Shown here: piece by piece, positions 29,829 through 38,919 of the stretch | How positions within the stretch are numbered: position 1 is the first letter of the stretch | How the letters are laid out: every line of letters begins with the position of its first letter | Made by a program: the position numbers and the translations under genes | The notes under the pieces: model-generated | Told to the model about the DNA's origin: nothing | Seen by the model: only the letters and a program-made list of their open reading frames with translations | The model's database searches: none | From: a virus | Length of the DNA stretch: 64,000 nucleotides | IMG/VR virus record: IMGVR_UViG_3300027741_000022 | Coordinates: 64,001-128,000 of that record | Reading direction: 5' to 3' (one strand)

Positions 29829-31016
29829 ATGAACAAGATTTCGAAGAAAAGGAAGACTCTTCTTGAAAAGACAATCAAACTAACAGAGATAGAAGATCAA
29901 TATAAGCTTCTTCCTGCAAAAGCTAAAGAGATTGTAAGCGCCTTTAGTTGGCCACAAATATCAATCAATATTGATCAAGCCAAAAACTTTTCAGAAATAA
30001 AGATTGTTGAACAAAATATAAAAAATGCTCTATCGAACAAAAAAATAGTTATTAAGAATGGTGAAATGCCATTGTCTGAGGTTTATTGGATTTTTGGTCT
30101 TAACAACATATTTAAATCATTAAAGGCAGAATCTTCAATCAATATTGGCATTCTGAAAAGAGAGAAGATAACAAAGAATTTAGATTTTTATACAAATCTA
30201 TATGATGTTTCGAGTAATCTTTCTGATGCCATAAGTGATACTCTTGCCGAAATACACATTGAATATTTTCAAGAAGTATTTGAAGTAATCTTGCAAGAAG
30301 TATTTAAGCACTTCCACTTTGATAGAGATGGTATCTATCCTTGTTTTGAATTCTGTGAAACTGCAGGGCGTAAAAGATATCCTCAAGTAACTATCAAGAA
30401 GCTTTCACCTACCAAAAGAGTTTTCTCAATAGATGGCAAATCCAGGGCTGCATATTGTTGCCATCATTTTAATCATTACGATTCTTTTCCCATAACAATA
30501 AAAGAAAATACAGTAAATAATATCAAGCCTGCTGCTGTTTACATCCAAGACCATGCAATAAACAGGATGATTGAAAGGCTTAAAATAACGCCCTCTGGAT
30601 ATATGTTTGAAGGCGTAGCCAGATCTTTAATTGATCCTGTTGTTTCGGGCAGAGATGGCGAATCTTACTTGATTGACTATTATTATGCAAATAAGAAAAT
30701 GGGTTATTTGGTAGTACGCCCAGTCGAAGACATTCTTTTGATAAGAAGCTTTAAGTTTATTACAATGAGTGGAACCCCTGAGTTCTATAGACTAAAGCGT
30801 GAATTGGGGGGAGATAGGCACGATTTTGAATACCTTGGGTTGGACACTGTAGACGGTCTAATAAATTCAGATCTTCACAAAGATTCAAAACTAAGGCGAA
30901 TATTCAAAAATTGTGGTCTTTCACACTTGTTTGAGTTTTCCAAAAATGTAAAATTTGATAATCCAAGATCTTTGATTGCGGAAGAAATCAAAAAATATTT
31001 CCAAATTGATAAATAG
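29829..31016 (+). CDS. hypothetical protein
   Basis: 395 aa ORF. Confidence 0.7.
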   Translation: MNKISKKRKTLLEKTIKLTEIEDQYKLLPAKAKEIVSAFSWPQISINIDQAKNFSEIKIVEQNIKNALSNKKIVIKNGEMPLSEVYWIFGLNNIFKSLKAESSINIGILKREKITKNLDFYTNLYDVSSNLSDAISDTLAEIHIEYFQEVFEVILQEVFKHFHFDRDGIYPCFEFCETAGRKRYPQVTIKKLSPTKRVFSIDGKSRAAYCCHHFNHYDSFPITIKENTVNNIKPAAVYIQDHAINRMIERLKITPSGYMFEGVARSLIDPVVSGRDGESYLIDYYYANKKMGYLVVRPVEDILLIRSFKFITMSGTPEFYRLKRELGGDRHDFEYLGLDTVDGLINSDLHKDSKLRRIFKNCGLSHLFEFSKNVKFDNPRSLIAEEIKKYFQIDK

Positions 31017-31172
31017 TAACGTGAACGCCAATCCTTACACCGACAATAAAGTTATACAAGGCATGATTAAAGATCACAAAGAGCTAGAGCGTAAATGTAA
31101 GTTTTGCAAAGTAAAAACTAACAAAGAAGTTTGCAAAGACTGTAGTAGAATCAATCCAAAAGCATAGCACTT

Positions 31173-31535
31173 ATGATCAAAGTCAGATTCAATTTAGGTC
31201 GCGGGGGATACTATCGACATTGGCAGGTAACAAAGTTTCCCAATGTAGATTATTTTGACCCAAGCAAGTACAGCTTGATACTAACTAGTTGCCGGCTTAA
31301 AAATGTTCGCAACGTTGCCGACAAAATCTTTAACGGACAAAACAAAGATGTTTGTAGCTGGGTGATTTGTTACGAAGCTATAGTTACTCAAGCAACACCA
31401 GAAGTAAATCCAGAAAACGAGATAGCCTATAATCCAAAGGTTAATCCCTTTTGGACAGACCACCTTGGCAACAACATTGATGGATCAAGCTATGAAAAAA
31501 TAGTCAGTGTGGGAAAAAGGCTTTACCGCATCTGA
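31173..31535 (+). CDS. hypothetical protein
   Basis: ORF. Confidence 0.6.
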   Translation: MIKVRFNLGRGGYYRHWQVTKFPNVDYFDPSKYSLILTSCRLKNVRNVADKIFNGQNKDVCSWVICYEAIVTQATPEVNPENEIAYNPKVNPFWTDHLGNNIDGSSYEKIVSVGKRLYRI

Positions 31536-31732
31536 CCGTTTGCCACCATATCTTCCATGATATAAAATGCTTTTTCACATCTTAAATCGTTAAGCTTTTT
31601 GATGCCCAAAAGAGTATCGGCAATTTCATCAGGACTCATTCCGGAATTTAAAATCTTTTCACATAAAATATCAATGTCTTCTGATGTTTGAAAACACTGA
31701 GTTATCGCTTGCTCTAAATCAAATCTATTCAT
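31523..31732 (-). CDS. hypothetical protein
   Basis: MNRFDLEQAI...; SD AAGGAG. Confidence 0.6.
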   Translation of the reverse strand: MNRFDLEQAITQCFQTSEDIDILCEKILNSGMSPDEIADTLLGIKKLNDLRCEKAFYIMEDMVANGQMR

Positions 31733-31779
31733 GGCTTTCTCCTTAAGAATCATTTTAATACAAACAAGAAGCAAAATCA

Positions 31780-32598
31780 ATGCGAATTTTAGCTCACAGC
31801 GGTAAAGCACATCAAGATGACTTCTTGGCAGCTTGTGTTTGCTGTTATAAACTTAATACAAAAGAAGTGTTTAGAGATGCTTATAAAGAAGAAGATTTAA
31901 TTGATCCGGATTGTTGGGTATTAGATCAAGGTAGAAAGTTTGAGCCAGAGCTGCACAACTTTGATCACCACCAAATAGAAGAAGAAATTTGCGCTTTTAC
32001 TATGGTGTTAGATTATTTTTATGGCAAAAAATATAGAGAGTATATGCCACAACTCAGATTTGTGGAAATATACGATAGCTATGGTCCAAAAAAAGCCGCT
32101 GAATTTGTTGAAATGAAACAAGACAATTTGGATATTGTTTTGAGCCCTATTCACACTTCTATGATGCGGGTGTTTTCAAAAATAGAAGGTAGGGTTGAAG
32201 ATCCTATGCTTTCTATTATGAAAGAAATGGGCTTCGAAATATGTAGTCAAATTGAAAACACAGAAGTTCTTTTGAATGCTCTGGATGAGGCTATTTATTT
32301 TGAGTATGAGGATGTTAAAATACTCGATAATGTTAATTGCAAACTTCCAGAAGGATTCAAACATGACGTTTTGCCCACAAAGCTTTATTCGAAAATCAAA
32401 GACATATACCCAGAAGTTATTTTAACCAAAGACAGTAGACAAGACGGATACAGAATGATCAGCACAAATACTGATTGTTTGAAGTTTTTGCCTAATCCAT
32501 GTTCGTATTTTGTTCATAACAGTGGTTTTCTTGTTGGGTTCAAGAAATATGAAGATTATATGGTTATATTAAAAAATTACATAGAAAGAGGAAAATGA
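31780..32598 (+). CDS. MYG1-like exonuclease/hydrolase
   Basis: HSGKAHQDD, VLDQG, NFDHHQ. Confidence 0.7.
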   Translation: MRILAHSGKAHQDDFLAACVCCYKLNTKEVFRDAYKEEDLIDPDCWVLDQGRKFEPELHNFDHHQIEEEICAFTMVLDYFYGKKYREYMPQLRFVEIYDSYGPKKAAEFVEMKQDNLDIVLSPIHTSMMRVFSKIEGRVEDPMLSIMKEMGFEICSQIENTEVLLNALDEAIYFEYEDVKILDNVNCKLPEGFKHDVLPTKLYSKIKDIYPEVILTKDSRQDGYRMISTNTDCLKFLPNPCSYFVHNSGFLVGFKKYEDYMVILKNYIERGK

Positions 32599-32677
32599 AT
32601 AAAAATTTAATTATTCTTTTTATCTCTTTTATTATGGGAATTGGATTTGTTTTGTTGGTTGAAAATATAGGTGCAAA

Positions 32678-33013
32678 ATGAGCGAAAACCTTGAGAATGA
32701 TTTAAAATCATGCGATTGGATTATAGATAAGTGCAAAAATTCAAAGAAGTATAGTCAAAATTTTTATGCCGCCATCTGCAATAATGATTTTTTCAAAAAC
32801 AATCAAGAATGGCACTGTAGCTGGAGAGCCGCAGGCAGAATAGTTTCTGAATTGACTGGGGTTGGAGACTATTTAGATTATTATTGCTCTGGTCTACAGG
32901 CTGATTATAGCAATGACGATGGTTATGTTGCAGAAGGCATTGTTAAAAATGAAATAAAAGATGATCTGAATAAACTTGGATGGACAGTCAAACAAAATGA
33001 GGAACTGGCATGA
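32678..33013 (+). CDS. hypothetical protein
   Basis: ORF. Confidence 0.6.
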   Translation: MSENLENDLKSCDWIIDKCKNSKKYSQNFYAAICNNDFFKNNQEWHCSWRAAGRIVSELTGVGDYLDYYCSGLQADYSNDDGYVAEGIVKNEIKDDLNKLGWTVKQNEELA

Positions 33014-33225
33014 AACCAAATATTGAAGTTTCTGTTGAAGGAAAGCCTGTTGAAATTGAGTTCATGCCCAGCGCATACCTCGATCAAACATACGATGAAA
33101 TATTCGTGCAGTTAAAAGATTCCGAAGAATATGAAGAAAAACTCAATGACCAAATCACTTTGTACAAAGACGTTAAAACAAATGAAATAATTGGCTTGAA
33201 GATACACTATTTAAACAAAATCTAA
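33010..33225 (+). CDS. hypothetical protein
   Basis: ORF, coupled. Confidence 0.55.
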   Translation: MKPNIEVSVEGKPVEIEFMPSAYLDQTYDEIFVQLKDSEEYEEKLNDQITLYKDVKTNEIIGLKIHYLNKI

Positions 33226-33800
33226 TGGACAATTCAGAAGTTTTATTGATGTTTAGCGGCGGCTTGGACTCTACTGGAGTCTTTTATAAGCTGCTAAAAG
33301 AAAACAAAAAACTTCATATTCATCATCTTCATTTGGTGAATAAAGAAAATAGACACAAGGCAGAAAATATTGCTGTTAAAAATGTCTGTGAATATATGAA
33401 AACGTTAGGAGATTTTGAATACAGCGAAAGTTATCATGAATACCCATGCTATAATAAAAATTTCATGTGGGACAGCGATATGTATAACTTTATAGCAGGA
33501 ACCATATGCCTGTCTTTAAAGAGTGTTAAAGAAGTCGCTTTGGGAATGACAAAATCTGACATAACAAGAAGCGTCACAGACAGAGCAGAGCGTGGCACAA
33601 AAATATTTGAATCTTTCGGCACAAGTGCCAAAAAAGTTTATCCGCTCAGAGACATGACAAAAAAAGAAGTCTTTGAAATGCTTCCAGCAGAATTGAGAAG
33701 TTTAACATGGAGTTGTAGAACACCAATATACTTGCCTGATGGTGATATGAAGCGATGTAAAAGATGCAAAGCCTGTAGCGAACTAATATTTAAAAGATAA
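33225..33800 (+). CDS. QueC-like PP-loop ATPase
   Basis: FSGGLDST; SC..CxxCxxC zinc site. Confidence 0.7.
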   Translation: MDNSEVLLMFSGGLDSTGVFYKLLKENKKLHIHHLHLVNKENRHKAENIAVKNVCEYMKTLGDFEYSESYHEYPCYNKNFMWDSDMYNFIAGTICLSLKSVKEVALGMTKSDITRSVTDRAERGTKIFESFGTSAKKVYPLRDMTKKEVFEMLPAELRSLTWSCRTPIYLPDGDMKRCKRCKACSELIFKR

Positions 33801-33829
33801 AATTACCACTCTAGTATAAGCATCCCCGA

Positions 33830-34798
33830 TTATGTTGCAGTTGGTGTTGCCGTAGCAGTTGGTGTTGCCGTAGCAGTTGGTGTTGCCGTAGCAGTTGGTG
33901 TTGCCGTAGCAGTTGGTGTTGCCGTAGCAGTTGGTGTTGCTGTAGCAGTTGGTGTTGGAGTTGGAGTTGGAGTTGGAGTAATCAAAGGAACTTCTTCGGA
34001 GCCTACTAAAACTTTAAATCCTTCCGGAGGATTAGATACTGAATTATTAATTGATATTTGACCAAAGACGCCATCGTAAGCATATGGACAAGCGCCCGGA
34101 TAAACATCTCCAGATATAGCTGATATGTCTATTCCACCTGTTGTTGTCGCTGGATCTCCATTGTCGCCATTCCAATCTCCGCCATCAACTCTAAACCAAA
34201 TCGAATTATTCATTCTATCAACGGCAACATCCACAATATTTCCATTTTGTTGAAAATTTAAGCCTAGATTGATGTGATTACCATCAAAAAAGACCTTACC
34301 ATCATCCCAAAAACCAATTGAATTAGCATCTCCACCTAGATAATTATTATTGTTTATATCAGCTTGATGGCTTGCTATTCCCACACCTGTATAACTTTCA
34401 TAATTACCATAAACTGTTACCATGCTGAAAACAACTTTTTCGCCACTTTTTATTGCATAATTTGTTAAAACTATTGTTTCGTCTGCACCACTGTCATCTG
34501 TAAATGAAGCCGTGCAATTATTGTTACTTAATTCTATATAATCCCCAACATAGTTTGGATCAAAAGCAAGAAGCCCCACGGTTTCAAAGGTTCCTATGCC
34601 ATCACTATTTTGAAAAGTTGTGTTATTGAATTCTTCGCCATCTTTGCCTGAAATTATCTTTTTATTACCAGCATTATCTATTTCATACATATTTAATGTG
34701 CGTTGTAGACTTTTACCGTTCAGTATAGATGAATCTAAACTGCCTTCTGAGGCGGGATTAATTAAACCAGGGGTGAGTTTGATGTTGTAGTTTGACAT
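33830..34798 (-). CDS. beta-rich (SPRY/ConA-like) protein with a Thr/Pro-rich C-terminal tail
   Basis: GVGIA..SIGFW..VDVAVDR..IWFRVDGG; ends in (TATATP)6. Confidence 0.65.
   Translation of the reverse strand: MSNYNIKLTPGLINPASEGSLDSSILNGKSLQRTLNMYEIDNAGNKKIISGKDGEEFNNTTFQNSDGIGTFETVGLLAFDPNYVGDYIELSNNNCTASFTDDSGADETIVLTNYAIKSGEKVVFSMVTVYGNYESYTGVGIASHQADINNNNYLGGDANSIGFWDDGKVFFDGNHINLGLNFQQNGNIVDVAVDRMNNSIWFRVDGGDWNGDNGDPATTTGGIDISAISGDVYPGACPYAYDGVFGQISINNSVSNPPEGFKVLVGSEEVPLITPTPTPTPTPTATATPTATATPTATATPTATATPTATATPTATATPTAT
33834..33979 (-). repeat. coding tandem repeat: 6 x 18 nt plus 6-nt TP repeats
   Basis: GTTGGTGTTGCCGTAGCA units on the + strand. Confidence 0.9.
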
Positions 34799-34822
34799 AA
34801 TACTTTATATATTAAATATAAA

Positions 34823-35257
34823 CTATTTTTCCCAAACTACCATTGCTATATCTTCTTGCGTGGGAATAACAAGGCTAGAACCGGGGAATTTATTTGGAAA
34901 ATGAGTAGCATATTTCATCCAAGAAAACTTTTTCAAGAAGACTCTAATAACAACCTTTTCGGCTATTTTTAACAAATCGTCAACTATATCCAAGCCCACT
35001 AAATTAACTACACCATCGCCAATAAAAACTTCTGCAAACTCTTTTATGTCCCGCCAATCACCTCTTAAAACGGGTTTAGATTGTTGAACAGGATACAAAT
35101 CAATCATAAACTCACAGAGAGGTTGAAGCTCTTTTGTCATTCCAAGTAGACAAATAGGACCGTAGCCCTTAGAATGATGACGATACAACTCCACTTCATA
35201 AGAATTGGGGCAAAGTGGAGGAGATAAATTCTGCCAATATTCTATATCTTTAATCAT
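34823..35257 (-). CDS. hypothetical protein
   Basis: ORF. Confidence 0.6.
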   Translation of the reverse strand: MIKDIEYWQNLSPPLCPNSYEVELYRHHSKGYGPICLLGMTKELQPLCEFMIDLYPVQQSKPVLRGDWRDIKEFAEVFIGDGVVNLVGLDIVDDLLKIAEKVVIRVFLKKFSWMKYATHFPNKFPGSSLVIPTQEDIAMVVWEK

Positions 35258-35279
35258 AATATTGCCGATACTTTATATA

Positions 35280-35519
35280 TTATCTGAAGTTTATTATTAA
35301 TGGATAAATCAAAAAAAACAAAACGTGAAACAAAAAGAAAAGAATCAAAAGTCCCACAGCTGTCATAAAAGGACTTATTGAAGTTATCTGGTTGGCTAAC
35401 TTCTTTATCTTTCTTTTATTTAAGTTGGCTTGACAAGCTAGGTAGTTTAGCTGAACATCATTGATGTCGCCTGTCATGTATCTTAGCGCTAATTCAAATT
35501 CTTCTGGTGTGCAATTCAT
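35280..35519 (-). CDS. small membrane protein
   Basis: C-terminal hydrophobic helix. Confidence 0.55.
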   Translation of the reverse strand: MNCTPEEFELALRYMTGDINDVQLNYLACQANLNKRKIKKLANQITSISPFMTAVGLLILFFLFHVLFFLIYPLIINFR

Positions 35520-35803
35520 ATTTCTGATAAAAATTTCAAAAGTTTAATTTCTTCATCAGATAGTTTAACATTTACTGTTTTATTGTCAATAGAATCGTAT
35601 ATTTTTTTCAACAATTCGATTCCACCTGGTGTTGCTTTAATGTTTTCTGAATCTTGAAAAGACTCTAATGTGTCTGTGTAATTTTTGAAACCATCTATTA
35701 TCTGCTCTTTTACTGGTGCAATATAACCAATAAGAGCAAGTGCTAAAGAAACACTTATGCCTGTGCATAAAAGAACCTCAAAGAAAGAACTTCCTGTTCT
35801 CAT
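35516..35803 (-). CDS. prepilin-like N-terminal domain protein
   Basis: MRTG|SSFFEVLL..(E at +5) then a hydrophobic helix; SD AAGGAG. Confidence 0.5.
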   Translation of the reverse strand: MRTGSSFFEVLLCTGISVSLALALIGYIAPVKEQIIDGFKNYTDTLESFQDSENIKATPGGIELLKKIYDSIDNKTVNVKLSDEEIKLLKFLSEI

Positions 35804-35852
35804 AAAAACTCCTTTATAAGTATTTATGAGAACCAAAGAATAAAATCTTTTG

Positions 35853-35869
35853 TTTCCTCCCGGTACGCT
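35853..35869 (+). promoter_or_regulatory. repeated promoter-like motif
   Basis: TTTCCTCCCGGTACGCT. Confidence 0.75.
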
Positions 35870-35935
35870 TGTTCGTTGGAGTTCCTCGTGATGTTATTGT
35901 TGCTGTAAGACTTCCAGTGAAAAAAGGAGATAACC

Positions 35936-36223
35936 ATGAAGTGCATTTGTTGCGGAGCCGAAACTAAAAACTGGATTAAAGAGGATGATATCAATATCCC
36001 TAAATGCAGGGAGTGCTATAGATCAATTCCAGGATCGGAACTTCTTAGAACCTTTTGCTCAGAGTGCCGCCAACCCATGCTGATTACAGATCAAAAGCGT
36101 TCATATTTATTGTCATCGCGTTCTTCACCCAAATGTAATGATTGTGGAAACTTGAAGAAAATAGCAGCCAATGGTACTAATTTGACTCCTCGACAGAAAA
36201 TAGGATCAGGCAAGACAAAATAA
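35936..36223 (+). CDS. multi-CxxC zinc-finger protein
   Basis: Four CxxC pairs. Confidence 0.6.
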   Translation: MKCICCGAETKNWIKEDDINIPKCRECYRSIPGSELLRTFCSECRQPMLITDQKRSYLLSSRSSPKCNDCGNLKKIAANGTNLTPRQKIGSGKTK

Positions 36224-36224
36224 A

Positions 36225-36407
36225 ATGACTACCAAACAAGTTTTGCAGTGGCTTAAAAATTTGACTGAAGACGATATTATTGAAGGCAACGAAGATTGTT
36301 TTGTTATTAGGCAGTGCGAAGGCGTTGCTGCTAACTTAGAGCTTGGTGTTTTTGATACAGTAGATTTCCCTGAATGGATTAAAGAGGATGAATATGACAA
36401 CGCTTAA
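36225..36407 (+). CDS. hypothetical protein
   Basis: ORF. Confidence 0.5.
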   Translation: MTTKQVLQWLKNLTEDDIIEGNEDCFVIRQCEGVAANLELGVFDTVDFPEWIKEDEYDNA

Positions 36408-36744
36408 AAAGACAGCTACTCTTGAAAAGCCGGTTCTAATCAAAGGCAATGGAACAAGCCTTTGGTGTGAGCCAGAGCAGAGTCATTGCGATTTCGTCAT
36501 TGAAGAAATGTTGATTGAAACTTGTGTTGACACAAACGATAAGCCATACGAGCTTAGGTTGTTTGGTAAGAACACACAGTGGTTTCAATACACTGATGAA
36601 AAGATTGAGACCCAGGTTAAAAAGAATTTTCTCAAGATTGTTCAAGAAGCGTTTCCCAAGTATAAGGTGATTAACATTACTTGGAGCGAACAAGGTATGC
36701 AGCCTGAAAACGGCTGGAGTTTTGATGTGGTGCTGGATGATTAA
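36394..36744 (+). CDS. hypothetical protein
   Basis: ORF. Confidence 0.6.
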   Translation: MTTLKKTATLEKPVLIKGNGTSLWCEPEQSHCDFVIEEMLIETCVDTNDKPYELRLFGKNTQWFQYTDEKIETQVKKNFLKIVQEAFPKYKVINITWSEQGMQPENGWSFDVVLDD

Positions 36745-37018
36745 TAATAAAGAGCTACTTGACAGTTTTGCAACTATTACTTTGGGCGAAGCTATCAAGC
36801 CGATCAAAGATAAGATAATTGCAATTGAAACTGAAGAGGAAACCTTTTATTACTTTGACATTGCAGAAGGAGAATTGATACTGTATCCGGAATCAGATTA
36901 TCGGAATCCACAACACCAATGGTCGCTTGGCACAAAGGTAAAAATTTCTGGAACTGATTTAGAGATTGAAGGGAAAAAGTTAAGTTTTCTTGTCGGCAAA
37001 TTACATCAATTTAATTAA
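36737..37018 (+). CDS. hypothetical protein
   Basis: ORF. Confidence 0.55.
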   Translation: MINNKELLDSFATITLGEAIKPIKDKIIAIETEEETFYYFDIAEGELILYPESDYRNPQHQWSLGTKVKISGTDLEIEGKKLSFLVGKLHQFN

Positions 37019-37029
37019 GGATTAATAAA

Positions 37030-37452
37030 ATGCGTCTTCAAGATTGTCGGATTGGTATGAATGTTGTTTTTGGCACCACCAGATACGATGGGTTAAAGAC
37101 CAGAGGCACTGTTGTTAAAATCAATAGAGCCAAGGCTAAAATCAGAACAATTGACGCCAGGGGTAGGCATCCTGTTGGCGCAATTTGGAGTGTTCCTTAT
37201 TCGTTTATTGATGAAGTCAACAGCTTTGGCGTTGTTGTTAAAGATTCGTTGTCAGATAAGTTTATTGTTTACAAAAAGACTGATGGAATTTATGACGATG
37301 GAAATGAAGCCGAAGAAGTTACTGTCAAGTGCAAAGTAAACGATGACTATGTGAACGTTGTTTTCTCAGGCGGTAAGATGCGAATTGAATCTTGGAATGG
37401 CGTTCAAAACGTAGTGTTGCAAGAAGTTAATTTTCAAAATAGTTTGGGATAA
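37030..37452 (+). CDS. hypothetical protein (SH3-like N-terminus)
   Basis: IGMNVVFG..RGTVVKIN. Confidence 0.6.
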   Translation: MRLQDCRIGMNVVFGTTRYDGLKTRGTVVKINRAKAKIRTIDARGRHPVGAIWSVPYSFIDEVNSFGVVVKDSLSDKFIVYKKTDGIYDDGNEAEEVTVKCKVNDDYVNVVFSGGKMRIESWNGVQNVVLQEVNFQNSLG

Positions 37453-37500
37453 AAATATCTGTTGCCTCCTTGTCTAAATAATATAGACAAGGAGGTAGTC

Positions 37501-37629
37501 ATGGATGACGATTTATCCCAAAAAGAGTTAAGAGAACTTGTTTGGTATAGTTTGCTAATATCAGTAGGAATGCTTATTGTTCAGTTAGCTTTTAGATATT
37601 TGTTTAAGTATCTGCTAACACAAATCTAA
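37501..37629 (+). CDS. 42-aa membrane peptide (not in ORF track)
   Basis: SD AGGAGG; one hydrophobic helix. Confidence 0.55.
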   Translation: MDDDLSQKELRELVWYSLLISVGMLIVQLAFRYLFKYLLTQI

Positions 37630-37679
37630 CCTAATTACTCGTTTTAGCTCCTCTAGCTACTGGCAAAAGAGGAGTTAAA

Positions 37680-38132
37680 ATGAGTAGAACAAAAGTTTCT
37701 GTAGTAGCAGAACAGATATTAGAAGATTTAATAAATGGAAAGCAAACTTATAACAGGAAGCTAGGAAGCGAAATTGAAATTCTGGCTCCTGTAGTTGAGG
37801 AAAATAAAACTGGATTAAAAACCTGGTTGTTGTTAACTGCTTTTTGCTTTGTTGGAATATACTACGGTATAGAGTATTCTAAAAATAAAGTAACAGGTGT
37901 TGCAGTTAATGAAACCGGGGAGTTATTGAGTGACTCAAAGGTTGTTTTTTATTGTGTAGAAAATGAAGAACAACATACTTGTAAAACTGATGAAAAAGGT
38001 AATTTTAATACAAGATTACCAACAGGTAAATATAAGTTTTGGGTAAAAGATCATGGAAGCCTGGACACAACTAAAGTAACCGTAGAAGTAGCTGGGGAAA
38101 GTAATTACAGAGTAACTTCGTTTAAAAAATAG
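37680..38132 (+). CDS. membrane protein with carboxypeptidase-regulatory-like domain
   Basis: TM helix then VTGVAVNETGE..TDEKGNF..LPTGKY. Confidence 0.65.
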   Translation: MSRTKVSVVAEQILEDLINGKQTYNRKLGSEIEILAPVVEENKTGLKTWLLLTAFCFVGIYYGIEYSKNKVTGVAVNETGELLSDSKVVFYCVENEEQHTCKTDEKGNFNTRLPTGKYKFWVKDHGSLDTTKVTVEVAGESNYRVTSFKK

Positions 38133-38159
38133 GTTTTCAATACTAGTTTAAATAACAAA

Positions 38160-38231
38160 GCAGTTCTGGCAGAGAAGTTATGCACTTCACTTGTAATGAA
38201 GACTAGGTGGGCGCGATACCCATGGACTGCT
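38160..38231 (+). tRNA. trnT: tRNA-Thr(UGU) with atypical D and T loops
   Basis: Acceptor GCAGTTC/GGACTGC, anticodon arm CTTCA-CTTGTAA-TGAAG, T arm GTGGG-CGCGATA-CCCAT. Confidence 0.75.
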
Positions 38232-38288
38232 CTTAAAATCACCAAAACGTTTTCGAAAAAATTTTACGGCATTTTACTTATATACTAT

Positions 38289-38879
38289 ATGAGTAAATTA
38301 AGCCCATCAGAGTGCGGAAAACTTGGTTACGAAAAAACAAAAAAAATCTTTGAAGAAAGACGAGAGTTAGCCCGGCAATCTTATTCAGATAACCCAAATT
38401 GTTGCCAATATTGTGGGGCTAAATTAGAATACGAGTCCAGGAAAAATAAATTTTGCACCAGATCTTGTTCTGCTAAAGTCAACAACGCAGATAGACGTAA
38501 AATAAGATTATGTTTGTATTGCAACAAACAACATAAATCAAAAAAATATTGTTCTCAGCAATGCAGAACAGATCTGGAGTGGCAGATCAAAAAAAATAAA
38601 ATAAACGAAAGCGGTAAAGTTGAAGGATCAAGACAAGCACGCCGCTATCTACTTGAAAAATTTAACAGTTGTCAAATGTGCGGCAATGATACTTGGCTCG
38701 GAAAACCAATTTTGCTTATATGTGATCACATAAATGGAAATTCAGAAGATTGGCGGCTTGATAACTTAAGAATGATATGTTCTAATTGTGATGCAACCAC
38801 ACCTTTCTACAAAAATAAAAACATGGGAAATGGGAGAGCATATAGAAGGTTGAGATATAAAGAGGGAAAATCTTTTTGA
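38289..38879 (+). CDS. free-standing HNH endonuclease with N-terminal Zn fingers
   Basis: CDHINGN..DNLRMICSNCD; several CxxC. Confidence 0.85.
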   Translation: MSKLSPSECGKLGYEKTKKIFEERRELARQSYSDNPNCCQYCGAKLEYESRKNKFCTRSCSAKVNNADRRKIRLCLYCNKQHKSKKYCSQQCRTDLEWQIKKNKINESGKVEGSRQARRYLLEKFNSCQMCGNDTWLGKPILLICDHINGNSEDWRLDNLRMICSNCDATTPFYKNKNMGNGRAYRRLRYKEGKSF

Positions 38880-38919
38880 ACTTGATTTGGTTTTAAAAGT
38901 TGTTAAAATGAATGAAAGT

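Noticed and set aside
33834-33979. Non-coding repeat array
   Set aside because: In-frame 18-nt units encode a Thr/Pro/Ala tail with no spacers.
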